Under the pieces are notes generated by a model. The model made no database searches and was not told the origin of the DNA. It saw only the letters and a list, made by a program, of their open reading frames with translations. A stretch of DNA of 64,000 nt, taken from assembly GCA_963667015.2 (NCBI GenBank), contig CAXXJJ010000004.1, positions 3,776,001-3,840,000 of the forward strand, written 5' to 3'. Positions within the stretch are counted from its first letter, which is position 1. The number at the start of each line of letters is the position of its first letter. The DNA comes from Desulfatiglandales bacterium (GTDB lineage Bacteria; Desulfobacterota; DSM-4660; Desulfatiglandales; HGW-15). A program made the position numbers and the translations under genes. Positions 20,767 to 30,401 of the stretch are shown one piece after another.

Positions 20767-20988
20767 AACCGCAAAGACGCAAAGGACGCGAAGAAAAACA
20801 TTTATTGTTTTTAATGCAAATACAAAAAGTTAAGATGAATGAAACAGAATAAATTATTTCAAAACAATATCAAAGGCAGCTACCCGCAGGGCTAGAGTCT
20901 TTATGGATTCTGAGTTTTCTTACAGAATCCATAAAAATAAAACCTTTGCGTACTTAGCGTCTTGAGAGAGCGCAGCGAGCGGGCGGTG
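20767..20988. repeat. AACCGCAAAG-type inverted-repeat element
   Basis: Homologous to 14551-14776 and at the same distance upstream of the permease ATG. Confidence 0.8.
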
Positions 20989-21019
20989 AAATCTTTTAAT
21001 AAGAATAGGAAAAAAGCTT

Positions 21020-23494
21020 ATGCTAAAAAACTACTTCACCACAGCAATAAACAATTTGCTCAAAAACAAACTCTACAGCGCAATCAACATCATCGGTTTA
21101 GCTATAGGTCTTGCTGCCTGTCTATTAAGTACGCTCTATGTTCAAAACGAACTATCCTATGACAGGCACTGGGAAAAGGCAGATCATATCTATCGGGTCA
21201 ATAAAAAATTTACCATTAAGGAGAAGCCATGGCCATTCACTTCTGTTCTGTTATTACCGGCCCTTAAAAAATATTTTCCTGAGGATATTGAATTAGGTAC
21301 CCGCATTATAAGCTATAATGTAGAAATACAAATCGGTGATGCGCGCTATCCGGCATTCAATACGATTGTTGATGAAGATTTTATCAAAATATTTCAGGCT
21401 GAAGGACTCAAAGGCAGTCTGAAAAACACTTTACAAAGCCCTCACAATATCGCCTTAAGTGAAGAGTCCGCCGTCCAATATTTTGGTGATAAAGATCCAA
21501 TTGGAGAAGTGATAACTTTCAGGGATAATAACGGCAATGAAGAACAGTATCAGGTAACCGCGGTTTATCGTTTTATCTGCCCACAAACCTTTTTACGTAT
21601 ACCCTGTTTTACATTACTGGATGAGTCCCGGCTCCCGGCAAGTACCCGCGTATGGCCTGGTAACTGGGACTCTTGCTATGTCCGCCTGAGTGACACAGCA
21701 GATATTGATAAGTTTCATTCCAGGATGCCGGATTTTATCGATAAGACAATTCCTAATAGTAACCCAGGTCAAAAATTAAGCGACGAACAGACCTTCCTGT
21801 TACAAAAAATGAGTGACTTACATTTTAACCCTCTCTCTTTGACGCTTGCCAACCAAGCCAGAACCGGAAATAGAACAATGGTAGCTGTATATGCAATTGT
21901 CTCAATATTAGTTCTTATTATAGGCTGCATTAATTTTGTTATTTTAACAACTGCTAAAGCAACCCAGCGTGCCCGTGAAGTAGCCATGAGAAAGGTAGTT
22001 GGCGCCCGTTTTAAACAACTGTTTATCCAGTTCCTTGGCGAATCCATGCTGATTACTTTTATGGCATTTCTCGTTGCAGTAGCGATTACAGAAGTGGCAT
22101 TGCCCTTTTTTGAAACATTAATGGGTTTGGAATTGACGATTCCCTATACATCACCGGAAAGTTATTTATTTGTATTACTTCTTATTTCATTGGTTGGAAT
22201 ATCAGGAGGGCTTTACCCGGCCTTTGTATTATCCAGGTTTTCACCGGCAAAAGTTTTGAAATCCAACCAGGCAACGGATGCAGTCGGTTTTTTTAAGCTG
22301 AGGAATGTCCTGGTTATTTTTCAATTTTCGGCATCTATCGCTTTAATTATTGCTACTGCAGTTGCCTATTTTCAGTTGCTGTACGTGAATAAACGTGATC
22401 CGGGATTCAATCCGGAGAATCTTTTTATTGTGTATATTCGGGATGTAAGAGGTCACAGAAATACATTTAAGGAGGAACTGCTGAAACTCCCTGAGATAAC
22501 CAATGCCGCGTTATCAAGTAAAACCCCGTCTGGAAATGGATGGGGGTGGGAATGGACATTACATTCAAAAATGTACGACTTTAATCAACAACATCAGGGA
22601 ATATTTGTACAAGAGACAGATGTAGATTACGATTTTTTTAATACCTACAAGATACCGCTTCTTTCGGGCAGATACTTTTCCAGGGAGATGGATCAGCCAT
22701 CGCCTGTACCTGGTCCCGTAGGAGATCCACGAAATAATAATTTTCCACGGACGGATGTAATAATCAATTCAGCCGCGGCCAGACAATTAGGATGCATCTC
22801 AGCCGATGAAGCAATTGGTGAAATAATTATACAGGGTGAGCAAGGGATTCCCGGATATTTTGAATTTTCAATCATAGGAGTTGTTGAGGAATCCCAATAC
22901 GGTAATTTACGTGTTGAGACTGAACTTGCAATGTATCGATTGGTTCCTGATCGTGCTCTTTGTCTCACTGTCAGATACAAGGGTGACTATCAAAAGGCTG
23001 TTAAAAAAGTTGAACGCGTCTGGCATGAAGTAGTCGGTGACATTCCCTTTATATATTCTACTGTAAGACAAGAAATGGCTACAGTCTATGAACGAGAGAA
23101 AACGGAGAATACGCTATTAATCTCTTTTGCCCTGCTGGCAGTTTTTATCGCCTGTATGGGCCTGTTTGGAATGGCTGCGTTTACTGTTGACAGGCGCGTG
23201 AAGGAAATAGGAGTGCGAAAGGTTATGGGGGCAAAAGTAAAGGACATAGTAAAACTCCTTGGTTGGAATTTTTTAAAACCTGTTCTTATTGCAAACATCA
23301 TTGCATGGCCTGTTGCCATATTTGCAATGCAAAACTGGCTGGAACGGTTTCCATACAGATTTCATCCTTTGTTCATGATTCCTATTTGTCTGGGTTCGGG
23401 ATTTATTGCACTGGTTATTGCATGGTTTACAGTAGCGGGAAATACAACACGGGTGGCAAAGAGTAAACCGATTAAGGCTTTGAGGTATGAGTGA
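21020..23494 (+). CDS. MacB/FtsX-type ABC exporter permease, paralog 3 (most divergent)
   Basis: Same termini; divergent periplasmic domains. Confidence 0.93.
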   Translation: MLKNYFTTAINNLLKNKLYSAINIIGLAIGLAACLLSTLYVQNELSYDRHWEKADHIYRVNKKFTIKEKPWPFTSVLLLPALKKYFPEDIELGTRIISYNVEIQIGDARYPAFNTIVDEDFIKIFQAEGLKGSLKNTLQSPHNIALSEESAVQYFGDKDPIGEVITFRDNNGNEEQYQVTAVYRFICPQTFLRIPCFTLLDESRLPASTRVWPGNWDSCYVRLSDTADIDKFHSRMPDFIDKTIPNSNPGQKLSDEQTFLLQKMSDLHFNPLSLTLANQARTGNRTMVAVYAIVSILVLIIGCINFVILTTAKATQRAREVAMRKVVGARFKQLFIQFLGESMLITFMAFLVAVAITEVALPFFETLMGLELTIPYTSPESYLFVLLLISLVGISGGLYPAFVLSRFSPAKVLKSNQATDAVGFFKLRNVLVIFQFSASIALIIATAVAYFQLLYVNKRDPGFNPENLFIVYIRDVRGHRNTFKEELLKLPEITNAALSSKTPSGNGWGWEWTLHSKMYDFNQQHQGIFVQETDVDYDFFNTYKIPLLSGRYFSREMDQPSPVPGPVGDPRNNNFPRTDVIINSAAARQLGCISADEAIGEIIIQGEQGIPGYFEFSIIGVVEESQYGNLRVETELAMYRLVPDRALCLTVRYKGDYQKAVKKVERVWHEVVGDIPFIYSTVRQEMATVYEREKTENTLLISFALLAVFIACMGLFGMAAFTVDRRVKEIGVRKVMGAKVKDIVKLLGWNFLKPVLIANIIAWPVAIFAMQNWLERFPYRFHPLFMIPICLGSGFIALVIAWFTVAGNTTRVAKSKPIKALRYE

Positions 23495-23627
23495 TTCATC
23501 CGGAAATATTTTCCGAATGAAGCCTTAAGCTGTCAGCTAAGTCTTATTAATGCTTTTTGCTGAACGCTGAATGCTGACAGCTGATAGCGTTCATTATTTT
23601 TTATATATAAAAATAAGGAACAATAAA

Positions 23628-26108
23628 ATGCTAAAAAACTACATCACAATTGCAATAAACAATTTATTAAAAAACAAACTCTACAGCGCGATCAATATCG
23701 CAGGCTTGGCAATCGGCCTGGCGGCTTGCATTGTCATCGGTCTTTATGTCAGGGATCAATACTCCTATGACAAACAATGGAAAGATTCTGACAGGATATA
23801 TCGGGTAAATTATTCGACGCAATTTCCGGGACAGGAGCGCGTCAGGTCTTCTACAACTCCTTTACCTGTGATGCAGGCGCTGAAAGAATACTTTAAAGAC
23901 AATTTTGAACAGACCGCCCGGGCCTTTGCCAGCGATTTGATCATTGAGATAGGTAGTGACAGTTTTCAAAGCAGTATTACAATTGTAGATCCTTCCTTTA
24001 TTGACATATTCCAATTGAAGGTCATCGCTGGGAATTTGAAAGATACCCTCGCAGGCCAGGCCAATATCGCGTTAAGCGAGGAAACAGCCAGACGCCATTT
24101 CGGGAGTCAAGATCCTATCGGAAAGATGATAACCATAAACCTCGGGAATAATACCAAAATCCCTCACAAGGTAACCGCTGTTTATCGTATTCCGGGAAAT
24201 ACAGTTCTTGACGATATACCAATGATATCTCTTCTTAATGAGACACGTCTCCCTCCATCAATAACACACTGGCGTTATCCGTTTTACCAGGCTTATATTA
24301 AGCTGAAAGCAGGCGTAGATATTGAAACCCTGAGGCCTCTCCTCCCCGCAGTAATCGACCGGAATCTTCCCAGCAACGATCCCGACAGTAAAGCCAGTGA
24401 TTTTTTATCATGGGAATTTCAGAGGCTGGATACCGCACATCTTGATTCCACCTGGGACGACTCCAGGGCAAGCGGGAACAGGAAAGTGGTAATGTCTTTC
24501 GCCGCTATATCCCTGCTTGTTCTTTTAATCGGCTGTATCAATTTTACTATTCTTACCACCGCAAAGGCCACACAACGGGCAAGAGAGGTTGCCATGAGAA
24601 AGGTTGTGGGCGCAAAGAGAAAACAGTTGATTGTGCAGTTCCTCGGTGAATCCACCTTTATTGTGTTACTTGCAATGATATTTGCCATGGGGCTGGTTGA
24701 GTTAATGCTGCCGATATTTGAATCAATAATGGGTAAAACCCTTTCCTTTAACTACTTTTCTCTCAATACAATTCTGCCTCTATTGGTAATGCTGATCATT
24801 GTAGGTATAAGCGGAGGTTTATACCCGGCTTTTATTCTTTCCGGTTACAGGCCCGGTGATACCCTTAAGGCTAATAAATCCAAAGAAACCAGCGGATCAA
24901 TGTCATTGAAATATGTGCTGGTTATTTTCCAGTTTTGTATTTCAATTTCTCTTATTATCGTAACAGGAGTTATCTTTATACAAATGCAGTACAGTTTGAA
25001 CCGGGACCCCGGGTATAACAAAGATAATTTATTAATAATTAACCAAATGGGTTTTGGTTCTAGAGAAGATTTTAAAGGAAAAATTGAGCCATTAAAAAAT
25101 GAATTGTTAAACCTTGCAAATGTGTCGGATGTATGTTTGTCAGCAATACAGCCTAGTCAGGGAAATCCGAATGTCATTAATTTTAAACATCTCGGTCGCC
25201 CGGAAGCCATTTACTCAATGAACTTAAGTGACGTCGGTTATGACTATTTTACTACATATCAAATCCCTGTTGTTTCAGGTAGAAAATATTCTGTTGAGCG
25301 GGATCTCCCGGATCTGGGATTTGATATAATGACTGGCACTATTGGTAATAATGAAGACAAAGAGCTTGTTGAAAGGAATATCATTCTTAATGAAAGTGCG
25401 GTAAGACAACTGGGTTTTAACAATACAGAAGATGCTATAGGTAAAATTATAAACTCAACGACTTACAACAATACCAATTATACTATTATCGGTGTTGTTG
25501 CGGATAACCATATATTCAGCATAAATGCACCGCCAAGAGCGGAAGCATACTTACTTCAAATAAACGAAATTTCTGCTGTAACTTTACGTTTCAAAGGTTC
25601 TCCCCACAAGATATTAGAGCAGGTCAAATCAGTATGGAACAAAGTTATGGGTGATGCAGAAATATCCACTGTTTTTGTTGACCAGCTGCTCGCCGGGGAA
25701 TTTCAACAGGAACAGACAGAAATGAAAGTATTCATCAGCTTTTCTCTGCTGGCCATTGTTATTGCCTGCATGGGATTGTTCGGCTCAGCTTCATTCACAG
25801 TAGAATGTCGTACCAAAGAAATAGGCCTGCGTAAGGTTATGGGGGCTAAAGTTAAAAACATTGTCAGACTGCTTCTCTGGCAATTTTCTAAGCCAGTATT
25901 GATTGCAAACATTATCGCATGGCCTGTTGCTATATTCGCCATGCAAAGCTGGCTTGAACGATTCACCTATCGGTTTAATTCATTGTTAATAATTCCCATT
26001 TGTCTGGCTTCCGGATTGATTGCGCTGGCGATCGCATGGTTTACAGTAGCTGGGAATACAAAGCGTGTTGCTAAGAGTAGGCCTGTTAAGGCATTACGAT
26101 ATGAGTAA
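23628..26108 (+). CDS. MacB/FtsX-type ABC exporter permease, paralog 4
   Basis: Start at MLKNYI (23628) after an AAGGA RBS; same architecture. Confidence 0.93.
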   Translation: MLKNYITIAINNLLKNKLYSAINIAGLAIGLAACIVIGLYVRDQYSYDKQWKDSDRIYRVNYSTQFPGQERVRSSTTPLPVMQALKEYFKDNFEQTARAFASDLIIEIGSDSFQSSITIVDPSFIDIFQLKVIAGNLKDTLAGQANIALSEETARRHFGSQDPIGKMITINLGNNTKIPHKVTAVYRIPGNTVLDDIPMISLLNETRLPPSITHWRYPFYQAYIKLKAGVDIETLRPLLPAVIDRNLPSNDPDSKASDFLSWEFQRLDTAHLDSTWDDSRASGNRKVVMSFAAISLLVLLIGCINFTILTTAKATQRAREVAMRKVVGAKRKQLIVQFLGESTFIVLLAMIFAMGLVELMLPIFESIMGKTLSFNYFSLNTILPLLVMLIIVGISGGLYPAFILSGYRPGDTLKANKSKETSGSMSLKYVLVIFQFCISISLIIVTGVIFIQMQYSLNRDPGYNKDNLLIINQMGFGSREDFKGKIEPLKNELLNLANVSDVCLSAIQPSQGNPNVINFKHLGRPEAIYSMNLSDVGYDYFTTYQIPVVSGRKYSVERDLPDLGFDIMTGTIGNNEDKELVERNIILNESAVRQLGFNNTEDAIGKIINSTTYNNTNYTIIGVVADNHIFSINAPPRAEAYLLQINEISAVTLRFKGSPHKILEQVKSVWNKVMGDAEISTVFVDQLLAGEFQQEQTEMKVFISFSLLAIVIACMGLFGSASFTVECRTKEIGLRKVMGAKVKNIVRLLLWQFSKPVLIANIIAWPVAIFAMQSWLERFTYRFNSLLIIPICLASGLIALAIAWFTVAGNTKRVAKSRPVKALRYE

Positions 26109-26460
26109 AAGAAAGTTTCATCCGCCTCCGCTTAAAGCTACGGCGCGACAAGAGGCGCAGGGCACAAGGTGCAAGGGAAAGGCTAAAAAAACAATGTACG
26201 CGGGACTATCCTTTAATAATTCAATAAATCTATTCTCAATTAATTTATTAAGCAGCGTTCCGGTCACATGGTGACAATATCTGAATGGTACTTCCCTCGT
26301 TTTATTGTTTAAGTCTAATATATTAAAAACCAATTCGCAGAAACAAAAGATGTCGAACATATATGTATTTGTTTTTATTAAATAGTTAAACCAAACAGTC
26401 GCGTTTTCTGGTCATAACTATTATTTGATAAAGCTATTTTTTGATAGGAGGATTTTCTAT

Positions 26461-27357
26461 ATGAAAAGTATATTATTATCAGGATTTTTGATTTTTATTT
26501 CTATGTGCTCCATGACTACTTTTGCTGAAGAAAAAGAATATTCCTTTGAGGATTTTTCAAAAATTCACTATTCTATTCCCGGAAATCTTTATTTAACTCA
26601 GTCCGATCAATACCATATTGTCCTGAAAGCAACAAAAGAACAGATTAAAGAGATTGTGATTCAAAAAAAAGGTAATAGTCTGATAATCAAACCAAAACAA
26701 TCACCGATTTATTCTGCATCATACTTTAATTTATTCAAAGGGGTTGAGATCCGTATTGATGTTCCAGTATTAGATGCAGTTACCTCCTCCAGTTCTGGTT
26801 CTATTCATGGACAATCCAGTTTTCCAAGCGTAAAAAATATGATAATTAAAGCAAGCAGTTCAGGCAATATTATTTTATCTGCACAGGCTAACAAGATCGA
26901 AGCGATTTGTTCTTCGTCTGGCTCTATCCAGCTAAGCGGAAAAACCGCTTCACTGATATTAAAAACCAGTTCGAGTGGGAATATTGAATTTTCAGGAAAA
27001 ATTACTGAAGATCTGCAAGCTGAAACTTCTTCGTCTGGGAATATTAGATGTAAGTTACCCTTAAATATTATAATTCCAGAAAGTCAACTTAAAATAAGGT
27101 CCTCGGGTGATATATCTATAATTGGCAAAGGAAACCGTGTTGAAGCCACCACCTCTTCTTCCGGAAAATTATTGTTAAATGATTTTCAATGCAAGGTTAT
27201 GAAAATTGATCAGAGAAGCTCTGTAACCGGATATATTAATGTAACAGAAAAATTAGACATTGAAATTACTAGCTCTGGTGGGATTGTATACCAGGGCTCA
27301 CCACGGATAAATATTTCGGGTAAGGGCAGTGGTCGAGTGATTAAGTTAGAGAAATAG
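26461..27357 (+). CDS. DUF2807 / head GIN-domain beta-helix protein
   Basis: AGGAGG RBS, signal peptide, repeated (T/A)SSSG(N/S)I units, C-terminal IVYQGSP. Confidence 0.8.
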   Translation: MKSILLSGFLIFISMCSMTTFAEEKEYSFEDFSKIHYSIPGNLYLTQSDQYHIVLKATKEQIKEIVIQKKGNSLIIKPKQSPIYSASYFNLFKGVEIRIDVPVLDAVTSSSSGSIHGQSSFPSVKNMIIKASSSGNIILSAQANKIEAICSSSGSIQLSGKTASLILKTSSSGNIEFSGKITEDLQAETSSSGNIRCKLPLNIIIPESQLKIRSSGDISIIGKGNRVEATTSSSGKLLLNDFQCKVMKIDQRSSVTGYINVTEKLDIEITSSGGIVYQGSPRINISGKGSGRVIKLEK

Positions 27358-27503
27358 ACTTACATAATGTCAGTTTAGAATAGTTGATTTTCAATAATGA
27401 CTTCGCTTCATTCTTGTCCAAAAACTGTATTTGACTGAATAGGTTAAAAATGTTCTCCTCATGGGAGATGGGTTTTTTAGCATATGCTTTGGGTAGAAGG
27501 TCG

Positions 27504-27720
27504 CTGTTTAATAATTGCAATCCTGATCGCATAACCCGTTGCCGTATCTGCAATGCAATACTGGCTTGAAAAATTCTACTATCGACTCAATCCACTGTTT
27601 TTAATACCGATCTGTTTAGTTTCAGGATTGCTGGCGCTGGTTATTGCATGGTTTACTGTGGCAGGAAATCCGACCAGGGTGGCAAAGAGTAAACCGATTA
27701 AGGCGTTGAGGTATGAATGA
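27504..27720 (+). pseudogene. 3' remnant of a fifth ABC permease paralog
   Basis: Translates LIIAILIA*PVAVSAMQYWLEKFYYRLNPLFLIPICLVSGLLALVIAWFTVAGNPTRVAKSKPIKALRYE*; the conserved W is TAA; no upstream body. Confidence 0.88.
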
Positions 27721-28027
27721 TGAAAGCGCGGTGCATGGCGCTTGGCGCAGGGCGTAATCAGTCTCCGCTAGGGCTTCCGTCTTCGCTAAAGCTACGCAGG
27801 GAATAGAAGTCAGGACAGGCAACGTTCCGGGTTTTAAAAACCCCAGAAAAGGGGGCAATGGGATTTGCCTTCATCGTAATTATATTCTGAGTGAAAGGCC
27901 GATTCATCTGGGAGGCTCTCTAGTTTTTAATTTCTTTCTTCGTCCAATTTTTAGTGCATGATTATATTGACTTCCCCAGCATGCAGTATTACAATAATTG
28001 CCATTTGGTATTACCAAAGGAGGCAGT

Positions 28028-28267
28028 ATGAAAACTTTATCAATAAAATTACCCGAGTCTTTAATGGAACGACTTGACTCAAAAGCTGCAAAAAGAGGCG
28101 AAAACAGATCCGCTTTAATAAGAGAGGCTATAGAGATGATTATCAATGAAGAGAATATGTCTCAAACAGAATCCTGTATGGAACTTGCCAGAGATCTTGC
28201 AGGATCAGTAAGCGGACCGGAAGATCTTTCTTTCAACAAGGACCGAATGAAAGGCTACGGCAAATGA
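28028..28267 (+). CDS. CopG/RHH antitoxin (VapB-like)
   Basis: MKTLSIKLPESLMERLDSKAAKRGENRSALIREAI; GGAGG RBS; ATGA overlap with the PIN gene. Confidence 0.85.
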   Translation: MKTLSIKLPESLMERLDSKAAKRGENRSALIREAIEMIINEENMSQTESCMELARDLAGSVSGPEDLSFNKDRMKGYGK

Positions 28268-28698
28268 AATGCAATATCATCATTGACACCGGCCCTCTCG
28301 TAGCATTCATAAACTATCGTGATAAATATCATGGATGGACAAAAGAACAATGGTCACGTATTGCTCCCCCTTTGTTAACTTGTGAAGCAGTGCTTTCCGA
28401 AGCATGTTTCTTACTCGGGAAAACGCATGGCGGACCAGATATCGTGCTGGAGCTACTGAAAAGAAAGGTATTAAGCCTGCCCTTTAAAATGGAGGATTCT
28501 TTAACGCAGATAAAATGGCTTTTAAGAAAATACTCTGATGTTCCCATGTCGTTGGCGGACGCCTGCCTTGTCAGGATGTCCGAGATATATTCGGACAGCA
28601 GCATCTTTACACTTGATAGCGATTTCAGTATTTACCGAAAAAATAAAAGGAATGTTATACCGGTAATATCCTTGGAAGTTTTTCTCTCAAAAAACTGA
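28264..28698 (+). CDS. vapC: PIN-domain toxin (VapC family)
   Basis: IIDTGPLVA, EAVLSEA, SLADACLV, FTLDSDF. Confidence 0.88.
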   Translation: MKCNIIIDTGPLVAFINYRDKYHGWTKEQWSRIAPPLLTCEAVLSEACFLLGKTHGGPDIVLELLKRKVLSLPFKMEDSLTQIKWLLRKYSDVPMSLADACLVRMSEIYSDSSIFTLDSDFSIYRKNKRNVIPVISLEVFLSKN

Positions 28699-28924
28699 AG
28701 GATCTTAAATATAGAATCCCTGATAGTACTATTCAATATCGATCCCAGTATTTTAACCGCCTGGTGTTGCCCACGAGCAGATCCCTGAATTAACCAGCCC
28801 AACACCTGGAAGCGCAGCTTAAATTATTAATAATGCAAATTTTGGCAAAATTAATAATTCACGCTCAACAGGACAAAAAATAGAGGAATAGGTGTAAAGT
28901 AGATTATTCCTTTTTCAATCCAGA

Positions 28925-30064
28925 TCAAATATATGCATCCTGCCAGAGTTCTTCAAGAAACTCTTTCCAGTGCTTAATATGGATGCCGCAGTCAGTGGTT
29001 CTAGGAATTTCCTCAAGGGATACTATAATATAGTTTTTAAACATCCCTTCTTCTTTCAGGGCGCGTAATCCCTTTTGATCATGAGAGGTAACATTCTTCT
29101 TAGCCTTAACCTCTATAGCTGTTGTGCTGTTTAAAATAAAGTCTACCTCAAAACCGGATTTTGTTCTCCAGTAATGGAGATCCATACCACCATTATAATC
29201 GCAGTAGGTTTTTAACTCATGGTAAATATAGGCTTCAAAGGCCTCTCCGAATTCCGGAGCTCCTTCTTTCAATCCCTGCCGGTTTTGCAGAAAGCGGACA
29301 ACCCCAATATCGAAAAAATAAAATTTTGATGTGGAAACTGTTTTTCGCTTTGTGAATTCATTCCAGGCAGGCAGATCATCTCCTATCAATGTATCTCTCA
29401 ATATCTGAAAATATTCCTGAACAGTTGATTTGGGAACTTCGGCATCACGGCTTATATTTGCATAGTTGATCATTTGCCCGTTGCAAAGTCCCGCTATAGT
29501 TAAAAACCTGCTGAATGCCGGGACATTGCGTACAATTGCCTCAGCCGCAATCTCTTCCTTTAGATAGTTACCGGTATAGGCTTCAAGATCCTCATAGGGT
29601 GCATCTGAGAAATAGATAGAGGGGATAAGACCGATATCAAGTGCTTTAAGTAAATCAAAATCATTTTTCAACTCCTGATATATAAATGGATGCATTCTCC
29701 TGGTTCTGGCCCTTCCGCCCAGCAGATTTACACCACCTCTTCTTAATTTTCTGGCGCTTGACCCTGTAAGAAGAAAATGAATGTTCTTTTCTTCGATCAA
29801 ATTATGAATTTCATCGAGTAATTGTGGAAGTTTCTGAACCTCATCAATGATGACAATTTTATCTTTATCTGTTATCTCCTCCCTCAGCCGTTGCGGAGAT
29901 CGGTTGAGTTTGAGATAAACATCTGTCTTTAGTAAATTATAGTATCTATATTGCGACAGGATGTTTGAAATCATTGCCGTCTTACCGGTCTGCCTTGGTC
30001 CTAAAAGGAAACAGGATTTCTTTTTGAGAATTGATAAAAGGTCCAGTTTTCTATTAATATACAT
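28925..30064 (-). CDS. AAA_14/DUF4143 ATP-binding protein
   Basis: GPRQTGKT, IDEVQK, LTGSSA, KFYFFDIG, EVDFI, IEVK. Confidence 0.9.
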   Translation of the reverse strand: MYINRKLDLLSILKKKSCFLLGPRQTGKTAMISNILSQYRYYNLLKTDVYLKLNRSPQRLREEITDKDKIVIIDEVQKLPQLLDEIHNLIEEKNIHFLLTGSSARKLRRGGVNLLGGRARTRRMHPFIYQELKNDFDLLKALDIGLIPSIYFSDAPYEDLEAYTGNYLKEEIAAEAIVRNVPAFSRFLTIAGLCNGQMINYANISRDAEVPKSTVQEYFQILRDTLIGDDLPAWNEFTKRKTVSTSKFYFFDIGVVRFLQNRQGLKEGAPEFGEAFEAYIYHELKTYCDYNGGMDLHYWRTKSGFEVDFILNSTTAIEVKAKKNVTSHDQKGLRALKEEGMFKNYIIVSLEEIPRTTDCGIHIKHWKEFLEELWQDAYI

Positions 30065-30401
30065 AATCTGCCCCGGTGAAATCTATATTGTCTCATGTCA
30101 TGACAAATCGATATCATGATACTGCTTCAATGATTCGATTAAGATAATTATAATATAATCGACATGTATTCCGGTGATTATCATGATATTCGGCAATATA
30201 TATGTCGATGAGTTTAAAGTCAAGTTTTCTATTTTCAACAAATTTCATTTTCTCCTTTTTATTTTAAAATACCAATATATCTTAAAGAATGGTCTCCATA
30301 TACCTGGTATCAGGTTAAGATGATCCTTCCCAAAAATACTTTGAATTCATTACAAATATTATGCTAAGTATATGAAATTCAATATTATTAATCCGGGAGG
30401 T

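Noticed and set aside
14808..26108. Diversity-generating retroelement or invertase shufflon acting on the permease array
   Set aside because: No reverse transcriptase or recombinase in the window, all copies are co-oriented, and differences are not adenine-specific.
11437..27800. Intergenic repeats as a CRISPR array or integron attC cassettes
   Set aside because: No regularly spaced identical repeats with unique spacers, no cas or integrase gene, and no consistent attC core sites.
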